DNA of 64,000 nt from Octopus bimaculoides (Eukaryota), in contig NC_068990.1 of assembly GCF_001194135.2 (NCBI RefSeq), positions 67,218,646 through 67,282,645 on the forward strand. Direction: 5' to 3'. Of the stretch, positions 51,285-64,000 are shown piece after piece (position 1 is the stretch's first letter; the number at the start of each line of letters is the position of its first letter). Below the pieces are notes generated by a model, which was not told where the DNA came from, did not search any database, and was given only the letters and a program-made list of their open reading frames with translations. A program made the position numbers and the translations under genes.

Positions 51285-51783
51285 TTGGCTTCAAATTTTG
51301 GCACAAAGCCAGCAGTTTCAAGGAGGGGGCCAAGTTAGTTACATTGATGCTAGTGTTCAACTGGTACTTATTTTATCAACTCTGAAAGGATGAAAGGTGG
51401 ACAAAATGCTGCTAAGCATTTTCCCAGTATGCTAACGATTCTGACAGCTTAAAACTTTATGTTTATCAGTATAATAATAACGATAACAATAATAATCCCT
51501 GGCTAACCATCTCTGCAAGAACTGTAAAAGACTGTTTTAACTGGTAAATCACACATGTCAAGAAGAGCATTGTCACTGAGACTGATTTCCATAATTATTT
51601 TCTACATAATTTTATTTCCTTTTGTAAATGGACAATCTCATGTGTTTATTTTAATATACTGACTCTTGAAAGGATAAAAGACAAGGTTGACTTTGGCAGA
51701 ATGTGAACTAAGACAGTCAAAATTTGAAGAAATGCTGCTAAACATTCTGCCCAGTGTGCTAATGATTCTGCAAGCTCACTGCC

Positions 51784-51839
<56 letters not shown>

Positions 51840-52255
51840 CTTTTCTACAGTAGGCACAAGGCCAGAAATTTGGGGGAAGGGATTAAGTCGATTACATTGA
51901 CCCCAGTGTATAACTGGTACTTATTTAATTGCGTACTGGTACTTAATTTATCAACCCTGAAAGGATGAAAGGCAAAGTTGACCTCAGCAGAATTTGAACT
52001 CAGAAGGTAGCAACATGAAATGTCACAAAGAATTTCACCCAGAATGCTAACGATTCTGCTTGCTCACTACGTTATTAATAATGATAACAACAAAAATAAT
52101 GGCTTCAAATTTTTCCACAAGTGCAGCCATTTTGGAGGAGGGGATAAGTTGATTACATTGACCCCAGTATTCAATTGGTACTTATTTAATTGACACCGAA
52201 ATTCCACTAAGTATTTTAGCTGGCATGCTAACAATTTTGCCAGGTTGTCACCTTA
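51285..52255 (-). mobile_element. Cluster of four SINE family D copies separated by (AAT)n or short spacers
   Basis: Copies at ~51285-51450, 51660-51785, 51838-52075 and 52095-52255; shared actggtacttattt, gaaaggatgaaagg and gctaacgattctg motifs. Confidence 0.8.
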
Positions 52256-52528
52256 GGTCTCTGGGTGAGACTTGGATCCAACTTGTACAAATGCAAAACA
52301 AAAGTCAAACATAAAATAATAATAATAATAATAATAATAATAGTAATAATAATAATGATAACAATAACAATAACAATAAATAACAAAGTTGATTTGAAAA
52401 ATAAGAGAAAAAATTTTTAAATTTCAGAATTCTTTACACCTAAGTCGAAGGGCAGAATAAATATGNNNNNNNNNNNNNNNNNNNNNNNNNNNNNNNNNNN
52501 NNNNNNNNNNNNNNNNNNNNNNNNNNNN

Positions 52529-52562
<34 letters not shown>

Positions 52563-52744
52563 AACCATTAAACATAGTTGTGGAAAAGGATTCTTCATTT
52601 TTAATGCATTGAAATTTTCTACTATGAAACTAGCCACTATTGTCAAAGTGAATCCCATTGAATGTCTCAAACTGTCACCTCAAAATATGTAAAATCAGAA
52701 AAACCAATAATTCAGTCATGATACTGTATATCCGAAACCTGAGA

Positions 52745-52780
52745 AATACCCCTTTCATTGTAACATCATCATCATCAATA

Positions 52781-52811
<31 letters not shown>

Positions 52812-52904
52812 TATTATTACAGTAAAGCTGATAGCTAATAACTTTTTTGCCAACCTAACTTCTAGGATGATATTGGAAATAAACAAACAGTAATAATCAT
52901 AATG

Positions 52905-52950
<46 letters not shown>
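52745..52950. repeat. (ATT)n/(AAT)n microsatellites
   Basis: Direct reading. Confidence 0.9.
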
Positions 52951-53629
52951 ATGTATGAAATAGAAGTTTATAAACAAAGAACTAACCAAGTTACAATAGT
53001 GAGTGCTGTAAGAAGATAAGATAGAATTGAAAATGGAAAACTGACGTGTGCAGGCAGATACAATATCTAACAAGTTTATTGTGAGAAACGAAGGCATTTG
53101 GCAAGATGTTTAACACCTACACACATGTGTACACCTACACACACAAAACATAAACTAACCTGAGTCTTTAGTATTTTTGATACTTTTAGTACCTTTGTTA
53201 GCCTTAGTACGTTTTTTACCTTTACGGCTCGAATCTTTTTTGGGCTTTTTAGTAGGAGTGATAGATTTATTACCATCTGAAGAAAGAGAAAAAGTGAAAT
53301 ATTTTATATGATATTTTTTCTTTATTTTTAAAATTATTTTTATATATTATTCTTTTTTTTGATTTTGAAATTGAATTAAAGAAATAAAGGTATGAGGATA
53401 CACACACACAGATATATATACACACATTCTTAGTACAATATCGTAGGTAGAAAGAGATATTGTTAAATTGGGACAAGAAAATCAAAAATAAATTATGAAT
53501 GCAACATTATACAGATTACATAAACATTTCTTCAAATATGAGTTTTGGGGTAAGTGCTTGTGCAGATATGTATACATATATACACACAAAATACACATTT
53601 ATGTAGGTATATATATATGTATACATGTG

Positions 53630-53677
<48 letters not shown>

Positions 53678-53749
53678 TACATATATTATGTATGCATGTG
53701 TATATATGTATATGTATGGAGTGTTAGGTGTGATACATATATATATTAC

Positions 53750-53792
<43 letters not shown>

Positions 53793-54184
53793 AAGTGAAC
53801 AAATATTGTCCTTACTCTTTATAAAAACCAGCATGAAAATAACCATTTTGATTGCATATAAATTGTTATAAATCTTAGTAAAAATGTCAGCTTGTCAATA
53901 GTTGGCTATGAATATGAGTTTAGGTTAGTTTTATGTTAAAGCTATCAACAGGAAAACTAAATCCTTACATATGAATAATTACTCTACTGTTTGTTATGCT
54001 GGTAAATTGTCAAGCTGCACGTTTTCATTGTTACAGCAAAGTATATCTAGTCATCACTCATGAAAGACTATTGCTTAGTAGTATCTACCATGTTTTCATT
54101 AATAGTCTTAAGTGCCTATTTAGTTGCAAGCAGACATTCAACCCCTTGTTTGACTTTCACCCAGTAAAACACCAAGGATAACAT

Positions 54185-54350
54185 ATGTAGAGAGAGGGAA
54201 GGTTGCACCAGTTGTTGACAGGTACTCATTTAGAAATGAGCAGTCTGAAACAATATGTAAGAAAGTGTCTTGCTCAAGGATACATTGTACTAGCCAGACC
54301 AGGAATTGAATCCATGAGGTTATGATTATGAGTCGAACACTCTAATCACT
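54185..54350 (-). mobile_element. SINE family C, degenerate
   Basis: aaagtgtcttgctcaagga...ccaggaattgaatcc...ctctaatcact. Confidence 0.7.
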
Positions 54351-54386
54351 ACATTTTCTTACCACAACACTATAACCATAATATAA

Positions 54387-54567
54387 TTCTTTATTACCCA
54401 CAAGGGGCTAAGCATAGAGGGGACAAACAAGGACAGACAAAGGGACTAAGTCGATTACATCGACCCTAGTGCGTAACTGGTACTTATTTAATCGACCCCG
54501 AAAGGATGAAAGGCAAAGTCGACCTTGGCGGAATTTGAACACAGAACGTAACGGCAGGCGAAATACC
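54387..54567 (-). mobile_element. SINE family D, well-preserved, 5'-truncated
   Basis: Minus: ggtatttcgcctgccgttacgttctgtgttcaaattccgccaaggtcgactttgcctttcatcctttcggggtcg. Confidence 0.9.
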
Positions 54568-55819
54568 TGTCGTATGATAGGTAGCTTTGGAAGTATACAT
54601 TTGCCACCATGGGTGATGTCAAGAAATATGGCATACAGGTAATGAATATAATTGAACATTTATCAAAAATTCTTGGTGCATATAGAAAATGATGAAAGGA
54701 TAAATATTAATTTTCATAACCTTAAAATAAAATTAAATAAACATATTTCTCATTTGTAAAATTCTTCTTGAAATTGCTGTCTTTTACATCCTCTTCTCCT
54801 CAGCCTGTATGATACTTTCTCTCTCACTATGTACTTGGTTTTCCTTTACTCAATGCTCGCCACCAAGCCTAGTATGTGCAGAGTTATCCTGCACCTCTAG
54901 GTTGACTTTCTCTGTATATCTCTTTTTATTCTCTTTCTTCTTCTGCCTATACCATGCAAAGCACAACTGGAGAAATCAATCAATCAACCAACCACCTAAC
55001 CAACCAACATTTATATTGGCTATTATAATACAGAGATACTAACCCACTTAATCCCTCTTGGTGTGGTCATTGCTTTTGCTTTTTATGCCTCTCATTGTTC
55101 ATACCAGGTCTTGACTGTGCTTTATCTTGTATACAAAAGAACTACATTCTTTTACAACTCTCTCTCTCTCTCTCTCTCTCACTGCCTAAGATTTCATATT
55201 AACACTACTCTCCCTCCACTTACACCCATTTAAACTAAACATCAACAATATATTAATCTCATCTAACCTAAAACATCCTAAGAAAAAAAATTTATTTCTT
55301 TTCCCATTTCATTGTTTCTTATGCTAATAATAATGGTTTCTAACATAGGCACAAACCAACAAATTTTCAGGCAATATGTTAATACAATACAATGAATTCA
55401 CTTTCTTGGCCTTCTATGTGATATATATATATAATATGTTTTGCTGTAAGTATAGCACAATCTAGCTAACTGCCTAGCATATAAATGGCAATCAGTTTGC
55501 AGAAGCATAGCTTAAACTACTGATTGCATTTTGTTTTTATCATTACAATGTGTGGGTTTGTATTTACCTGTGAGAGAGAGACCCATACATGTATGGAAAA
55601 GTGGATGTTATGATGATGATGATGGATACTTAGATGGATGGATATACTGGTTGACAGATAAATCAAGAGATAAATATATACACACAAACATACATAATAC
55701 ATACATATGCGCACACATATATACATGCATGGTCATACATAAAAATTGCTACTGCGATTGAAAAGGTTGGTGTAAATCTTTTAATAATATATATTTGTGC
55801 CAATCAGAAATGGAAACTG

Positions 55820-55873
<54 letters not shown>

Positions 55874-56198
55874 TGTGTGTGTGTTTGTGTGTGTGTTTGT
55901 GTGTGTGTGTGCGTGTGTGTGTGAGTTGTGTGTGTGTGTGTATATATATATATATACATATATATATATTAGCTATAACAGTTTCCTGGCTTTTGAACCA
56001 TTTCAAAAGTAATATATGCTGCAATCCATAATGGTATATTCTGCATGATTGCAACATGTAAATTTTGACTTTTTTTTCTTAATAACCTATTAAATTGAAT
56101 TAGTATATATAAATACATACTTCATACTATCAACTAGTATTGTAAATATATCCGATGTAAACAAACAAGTTTGTTTTCAAAGCGTTGAAATGTATTGA

Positions 56199-56533
56199 AG
56201 AACAAGTAGAAAGATAAATTTTAATCAATGTGTAGATACTGAACAGTATATATATAAAAGATAAAATCCTTTTCTTTAAAAGCAGAAAAATTTGTCAGCA
56301 GCCAGCCATGGGGGTTAAACTCCAGTTGGAATGCTCTACCATTTATGCTAAGCCACTAAGCTTAGCTTAAATGGTAGAGTATTCCAACCAGACAATGGAG
56401 GGGTGTGAGTTTGATCCTCATGGCTGGCTGCCGACAAATTTTTCTACTTTTAAAGAAGAAAAGGATTTTATCCATTATATATATACTGTTCAGTATCTAC
56501 ACATTGATTAAAATTTATCTTTCTACTTGTTCT
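56199..56533. repeat. 335-bp near-perfect palindrome with an inverted tRNA-like core
   Basis: Outer arms 56199-56321 / 56408-56533 with the first 59 bp identical; inner arms ~56326-56353 / 56360-56387. Confidence 0.9.
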
Positions 56534-57010
56534 ACTATTATAAATATTTGTAAGGCTAAATGCAATTGTCACAAAAAATTCATTGAGTCTCTCAATATAT
56601 TTTTATAAAATTTTACTCTTTGAGAGCTTTTGTTTTTTGTTTTATTAGAATCATTAATTACATATTTTGAGAAAAAAAAAACTATGAGGAAAAGCTTTGA
56701 ATTCCATTGTTGTTTAATGATTAATTGGAGTGTGTGTATGTGTGTGTGTGTATGCATGTGTGTATGTATACATACATTATACATATGTTTATACACAAAT
56801 ATATATCCACACACACAAGTATATATATATAGATATATGTGTATTGCTGTATGGCTATGTATACACGTAAATACATTCATGTACAGAGAAATATATATAT
56901 ATATTTAAAGTTGATATATATTCAAAGACTCAACTGTGAGTTTTCTGCTAAGATTGTTAACAGATACTATATTTTTTACCAAATTTTTTGGTTAAAAAAA
57001 AATATATTTA

Positions 57011-57049
<39 letters not shown>

Positions 57050-58636
57050 TATCATGAGAGGGAGAGGAAATGGTGAGTGAATGTGGTTTACTTAAATTGT
57101 TTCTGAGATCATTAAATACAAAATATAAACATTAAAAGAGAGAAAAGATAAAGAACTTTTTTTGAGATTTAATTAGAAATTGACTTTTATGAAAAGAAAT
57201 CATACACAATTTTTAATCAACAACAATTCCTTCATAAAAATTCAATTGTGTGTCTTAAGTTTATCCCATTATTTATTTCACATGCACATATTATTATAAC
57301 TTATACTAAGGTTATTTAAATAACTTCCTGACGATTCTCTTATTAATTCCATGTTTGACTTTGTTCCATTATTTAGTGTTTTGTTGATAGGTGTCTAATC
57401 CGATTAAAACTAATGAAATTTAGTATGAGTGTAGAGACATGCAGTATAATGCAAATGGTAGAGTGTATCTAGAGGGTGCAGCATAAAACAGAAAATGCCT
57501 CCCACATTTCTCAGGTTCACTCACTGACTTTGGAATTAAATTTGCTTGGGGAAATGAAGTGCAAACCCAGGTCCAAAATTTTTTACAAACAAGGTCATAT
57601 CTTTATTTTTATATTTATTTTTATTCTTTGTTCTTTGAGAAGAAATTTTACTTCAAGCTACTTTTTACAGATCACTTTTTATGCAAAGTAAAAAGGGGTG
57701 CAAATTTTGATATTGCACCCCACCAAAACTTTAGGAGATGTGCTTGCAATCCATGCACCCGAGCCCCTGGATAAACAACAACTCAACATTAACTGCACAG
57801 TGTGTACCCCTTCAAATCAGGACAATAGCTAAATGAAATGGCAAGACATTAGCTTCATGAAAACACCATGTGAAGCATGGCACACAAATGTAATGTCACA
57901 TGATAGTTAGCAACATCTGTGTCATCATCACTCAACGTCATGTGATGTGATGGCATGGGTGAGATAGTCTGACAAGATCATATAAGTCTAAAGACTTCAT
58001 TATGCTCCAATGTCTTCCTTGGTTTAGTTTTTATGAATAGATGATCATCCTAATCTCATCTGCTTTACAGCATAAACTGAATGCCTTCTTTTTGTGACAC
58101 CAGCACTAGAGAAGTTGCTATTCAATTTCCTGTATGACTATAAACCCTATTTAACTGAGTGGGATCACAGCAGAGAGGGAGATGGCTTTATGCTAAGGAA
58201 TGAGGAGTTTAAATGAAAGAATAAGGTCCTTCACTTCACAGCAGAACAAGTTTCTTGCTGTAAAAGAGTTACACAGCTACTCACAACAAAGGAAATAGAG
58301 TAGATGTGATCTGAGTGGAACTGGAAAGAAATAAAAATTGTGATGATGATGTGCTGGATCGACCCTCAAGATACAAGGTGCCTTAAAGGAAGTGATATTT
58401 GGCTGACATATCTAGCTGGCCAAGTGACTATGAAGATGATCATGAGTTAATAATTTAATTATAGCTGACAACAACGAAGAGTATCTTGTGATAATCATAA
58501 CATTATTACTGTTATCATTGGAGAGATGATACGCTTAAGTTCACCTATATCTACGTGTATTGGTAATTTGCAGACTTAGAAGGTATTCTCAAATGTTTAA
58601 TGCTACCAGATTAGTTGAGTCATTGACTAATCTGAC

Positions 58637-58978
58637 GTGAAGGGGCCTGGCTCAGTGGTTAGAGAATCGGGCTCACAATCACGTGGTAGTGAGTTCAATT
58701 CCTGGACCAGGCTGTATTGTGTTCTTAGCAAGACACTTTATGTTCACATTGCTCCAGTTCACTCAGTTGTAGAAATGAGTTGCAATGTCACTGGTACCAA
58801 GCTGTATTGGCCTTTGCTTTTTTTCTTGGATAATGATCAGTGGTGTGGAGAGGGGAGCCTGGTATGCATGGACAACTACTGATCTTCCATAAACAATCTT
58901 TCCCAGACTTGTGCCTCAGAGGGTAACTTTCTAGGTGCAATCCCATGGTCATTCATGACTCAAGGGGGTCTTTACCCT
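58637..58978 (+). mobile_element. SINE family C, full length (tRNA head + CORE-like + 3' tail)
   Basis: tggctcagtggttagag (A box), gagttcaattcc (B box), gtgttcttagcaagacacttt (CORE-like), end cattcatgactcaagggggtc. Confidence 0.85.
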
Positions 58979-60842
58979 AACATTGTTTTAATGTCAACTT
59001 TTCCCCAGTTACATGAGTCAAAGTAGACAGTCTTCTATGACCATATGCTCTTCCTGTCACCAACCCTCCACTTGTTTGCTAAGTGAGGTCATAATTCATT
59101 CCCAGAGCACTGGTTGGCCCAGGGTTATAGCAGAAAAAGGAAAACATCTGAACAAGGATGGTGGGGAAGTGAACTTCTTAACAACACAGCCATGCTTGCA
59201 TCAAATATTTCCCGGAAACCCATAGAATCATTCCTAAAAACCATTAAAATGGAAACAGAAGGAAGTGGAACAATGGTAAATTAAATGAAGAAAAATATTG
59301 AAAGGAAATACTCATTAAGAGAAACAGAAATAAAAGAAAGTAACTGTTTGGGTAAGAAAGAAAATGAAGGAGAAAAATAAAAAGAATTAATAAAAAAAAA
59401 ATTGTAGTGGGAGCAGAGAAAAGAGATGGAAGTAGAAAAATAGAAAAGATGAAAAGGGTTGATGTAGACAATGTATTATGTATAATGTTTTAACTTGTTA
59501 TGTCTGTGTCTGTTCAAGTATATATAAAAGTATCTTTTGGTCAGAATTGATGTGCAGTGTGTATGCACTGTGTAGCAATGAATTGTTAAACATATAACTC
59601 TTTTATCCTGTAATATTTATTCATACATTCTTAGAAATATTAGAAGGAGCATAAAATATTAGAAACAACATTAAAAAATAATACAAACAGTAGAGAATCA
59701 CAGAAAGAGTATAATCATAGTTGTTAAATTTTTAATCTACTTCAAAAAAACCCAGGAAATATTTCTTAGATTTTGGAAAACAGCTAACATTAGACCAGTT
59801 AACCAAGCTTATGAATTATATTTCAGATCATATATCAAAGTAAATATTGTTGCTAAATTAAATACACACACACACATACACACATTTACATACTTGTATG
59901 CATTTCTTTTATAAGTATACACGTAAGAATTATTAAGTATGTACTTAAGTGTATTCATGTATACTGCAGAATAATATATGCATATATGTATGTATACATG
60001 TATGTATGTGTATTTCAGCATACTAATGTATAGAGAGTTACATCCATACATATTTGCACAGACATAGAAAAAGTGCTTATCATATTTTTGTATAAATACA
60101 AACCTACAAATCCAATTTGTCTTTGTTATATTTCTGCATGTGTAGTAGTAGTTCTGCAAATTGTCAGTATACAGCAAAGTGCATGTGTGTGTGTTGTTTC
60201 TTATTTTAATGAAACACCTACAGCCTTATGTACATGTTTTCAAACTACCCATCTAACAATTGCACAAACACGTATGCAACACACACAAGCAAACAACCCC
60301 TATCCCACACTAATTGATGCCACCATACTTCTACACTTGCATACATCCATACAAATACATAGATCATGGCAACACACACACATACATACACATGCACACA
60401 TATAACATTTTCCCTTTTACCAGTTTCTAATCATTCATTCTTTGAATGTGCAGATGTCTGGAATTCCCACAACACCCAAAAATGGTGATATAATAATCTA
60501 AATATCTACACATTACTTTTCTCTTAAATCTTCCTATACTTTGCCATTCCCTCTAGTTAATCCATTACCTTCCTTCTGTATCACGTTTTTAATTTTTTCA
60601 TTTTATATGTTTTTAAATTTTATAATCCAGTTTTGTCATTTTTATTTCTTTTTCCTTAAATACAGTCTCTATTCCTCTCTCACTCCAACCATCTCCCTGT
60701 GCTATTTTTTTCCCATATTTTTCTGACACTGGACTAACATATAAAACATCAAATTGTTCTCATTTTAAATTCTGAAGTGTTAAACTAATACACCTTGTTT
60801 GTTGTTTCCTCACCTGTCTTTTATTTTTTGTACATTTGAACC

Positions 60843-60920
<78 letters not shown>

Positions 60921-61784
60921 TTATATTTATATATCAATTCGATTTTGGTATGAATCTTGTAGTCTGCTTCATAAAGCTCATCCATGGTTATTGGCAATCA
61001 GGAGCAGTTTCACAATGGAAACTGTTCATATTAATGAAGAAACATCCAGAAATCCATGAAGATCAGTAGAGTATATATAGAAACATGTAAACAAGAGAGA
61101 CTGGATTGAATGAACATGCTTTATTGCATAATGTTACAATGGCTTCATCTTCACTTTACCAGCAGATAATTGCCAAAATATTATTATATGATAAATGCTT
61201 TAAGTTTATTACATTGCATCAGTATTATTTCAAAAACATTGACAGATGAAGATTCCTCAGATATGAACACAAAGTGTTTGCTAAATTAAACCATATTCTT
61301 CAGAATATATACCTCAACACATTGAAGAAAGTAAAACAAACACTACAGATCATTAACCACAAGTAGAGTTTAGCCGGTCAATAAAAATGGGTGAATGGAG
61401 AAAACAAATGATAAGAGTCAACTAATTTAGTTTTATTTTTTGAATGTGCCAAGGACTATATTCTGTGGGGTATGGTTTAATTTAGCAAACACTTTGCGTT
61501 CATATCAGGAGTTTCCATTTGGCAATGCTGCGGAAGTAATACTGATGTAAATTTAATGTATTTATTATATATAGTAATATTTCAGCAAAATTATCTGCGC
61601 TGAAGTGAAAATGAAACAATTGTAGTATTATGCAATAAAGGATGTATGCTTAATCCAATCTCTCCTGTTTATGTATAATATATATATATATTTATAAATT
61701 ATGCACTTCTTTAATGATTTCCAATATCGGATGTATGTACACGTGTGTTTGTGTGTGTGTGTGTGTGTATGGAGGTGAGTGGAT

Positions 61785-61990
61785 TCAAGTTTCAGGTGTT
61801 GCACTCATTCAAAGATTGTAGTTTCAATTATAGGACTGGGTGATGTGTTATATTCTTAGCAAAACACTTCATTCCATTCTGTTCCAGTCCACTCAGCTGG
61901 CAAAAAGAAGTAATCCTGCAACAGACTACTATCATCCCACTCAATTGGGAACATATTTGCTACAATATCTGGGAAACTATCTATATAAGC
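61785..61990 (+). mobile_element. SINE family C-like, degenerate
   Basis: ttcttagcaaaacactt...tgttccagtccactcagctgg. Confidence 0.55.
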
Positions 61991-62639
61991 CTATGGTTCA
62001 ATAAATACCATTGATCCTTATATATATATATATATANNNNNNNNNNTATATAATTCTTACTGATTTCTATTATTAAATGCATGTATGTAAACAAGCATTC
62101 ATACATATATAACACACATTCAACATGCATAAACATACATAAATACATATATATAATTCACTTATTTGACTTAATAAGCAATGTATTATTATTTTCTAAT
62201 GAATTTACCATTAAAAAACTGATACATACATATATGCTGTTTGAACTTCACTGGTGAAATAAAGGCGATAACTATGAACTTCAAAACTTTTAGCATTTAC
62301 ATGCAGATTATAAATTCATATTTATACCAATAATAATTAATGCTCTTAGTTTTGCTAGTAAATAAACAAGTTACAATCTTGAAAAACTTGGGGTTTCAGA
62401 AATAGAAATCAACACACACATTACAAATAAACTCTCTAAGTTGAACAGTAAAAATATGTACGACTTTGTTTAGTTGAAAATATGACCTTGTTTTTATCTA
62501 CATTGCAATCTTTGTAAGTATCCTTGTTAGAAATGTGTTTCTTTCTCAGAGGAAGACTTCAGACAGAAGAGAACATAGAACTGCACTATCACAACTCTTG
62601 AAAGGTTTTAATCAAATGAATCAACTACAGTGTTTTTTT

Positions 62640-62830
62640 TTCTAGCTTGGTATTTATCATATCAGTCTCTTATGCCAATCTGCAGAATTACAGGGATGTA
62701 AACACCAGTTGTGAAGTGGTGATGGTGGTCAAACAAACACACACATGTACACACTCAATGAAACTTCTAGTTTCTACCAAATCCACTTGCATAGCTTTGG
62801 TTGGCAATGGGCTAAACCATAAGATCCATT
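62640..62830 (-). mobile_element. SINE family A, degenerate
   Basis: cagggatgtaaacaccag...tttctaccaaatccacttgcatagc. Confidence 0.6.
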
Positions 62831-63639
62831 TTCTTCATATATTTCAAAGAATTTGTTCAAGTAGTACTAAATATTATTTATCTATTTATTTATTCATATC
62901 TCTGTCAGATCACCTCTATGTCAAGATATAAGTCAATTAGCTTTAAAATGACATGGCTTTTTATACAATACAAGACTGAATTGTTTGTGTTTACATGATG
63001 TTATACACTTGCGTTTATGTGTAAATATAATAGGTTCCAATGAAGATAATTTGAAATGCCATACCGTCTGTTATTGTGCTACTTATTAATTGAATTCATA
63101 AGTGCAATTTAGTCTCTTGTGTGTCTTTTTTTGTTATTCCTTGGAAATGTATACTTATGTAAGATGAATAAAATACAAGTATGCGTGTATTTACATATAC
63201 ACATATGTATGTGTGTGTGTGTGTATACCAATATATATATACATATATATTAATATAAACATATATACAATATCATCATCATCAGCAGCATTTCTTCTTT
63301 ATCCAACAACACAAATTATCAGTCTCTCAGTTACCACCTTCTCAGCCCTAACTTAACCCTGTTTCGGTAACTTGGCCATTTCATTATATGAGAAGCAACT
63401 AATTATCACCATTGTGGTATGGCTATACAGTGGCATGGATCTACAACTGAAAATATGTTATGCCATGGTATATTAGCAATGGATAAATTTAAAGTTATGC
63501 TGACTACATAATTGTCTTTCACATCATTACCATCATGTTACACTGAATTACTACCAAATATTATATGATATTATTGAATATGTACTGCACAAGCTTGGAG
63601 CATATTTCTTAAGCACATCTATGGTAATACATTATAAGC

Positions 63640-64000
63640 CTGCTTTATATATATATGTGTGCGAGTGTATGTGTGCATGTATATATACATACATATATAT
63701 ACATATATATACATATACATATATACATATATATATACACATATATATACACATATATATATACACATATATATACACATATATATATACATATATATAT
63801 ACATATATATACATATATATATATACATATATATATATACATATATATATACATATATATATATACATATATATATATACATATATATATACATATATAT
63901 ATACATATATATATACATATATATATACATATATATATATATACATACATATATATATACATATATATATATATACATACATATATATATACATACATAT
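63640..64000. repeat. Compound (AT)nAC array running off the window end
   Basis: Direct reading; explains track ORFs 63619-63998. Confidence 0.95.

Noticed and set aside
9470-58978. tRNA-like sequences as real tRNA genes
   Set aside because: All lack an intact cloverleaf and are attached to SINE bodies or the palindrome.
61508-61534. 27-nt plus-strand exon candidate (EFPFGNAAE)
   Set aside because: Its apparent acceptor lies within the arm of the 61260-61506 inverted repeat, and the donor is modest.
3296-64000. Dozens of track ORFs rich in YI, CV, HT or NNN repeats
   Set aside because: They are translations of microsatellites or N gaps, not genes.

Overview
This is AT-rich, very repeat-dense eukaryotic DNA from a gapped, probably short-read scaffold. 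It has dense (TA)n/(CA)n/(AAT)n microsatellites, many N gaps, and overlap duplications beside 10-N gaps. The repeat repertoire resembles an octopus or other coleoid cephalopod (recognition only, not a database result). No host protein-coding gene can be identified; only a few isolated exon-like segments with good splice signals were seen, so the window is most likely intronic or intergenic. Supported content: a decayed CR1/L2-type LINE ORF2 (minus, ~600-3190), Penelope-like RT/GIY-YIG fragments (12.8-14.7 kb), many RTE LINE fragments and 3' tails (one with a PHD-type C4HC3 finger in the RT region), Tc1/mariner remnants, hAT- and piggyBac-type MITEs, and four tRNA-headed SINE families. The most interesting signals are RNA-structural. 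Minimal type I hammerhead ribozyme motifs occur at 23835-23880 (-), 28865-28919 (-) and 20856-20892 (+), with several decayed relics. The first sits inside an element built as tRNA-like Pol III head + (AAT)n + hammerhead + short tandem tail, i.e. a candidate ribozyme-carrying SINE. There is also a 335-bp palindrome with a back-to-back tRNA-like core, a fold-back element with a (TAACCC)n centre, and several 70-100 nt near-perfect hairpins. Alignments and translations were done by eye, so element boundaries are approximate.
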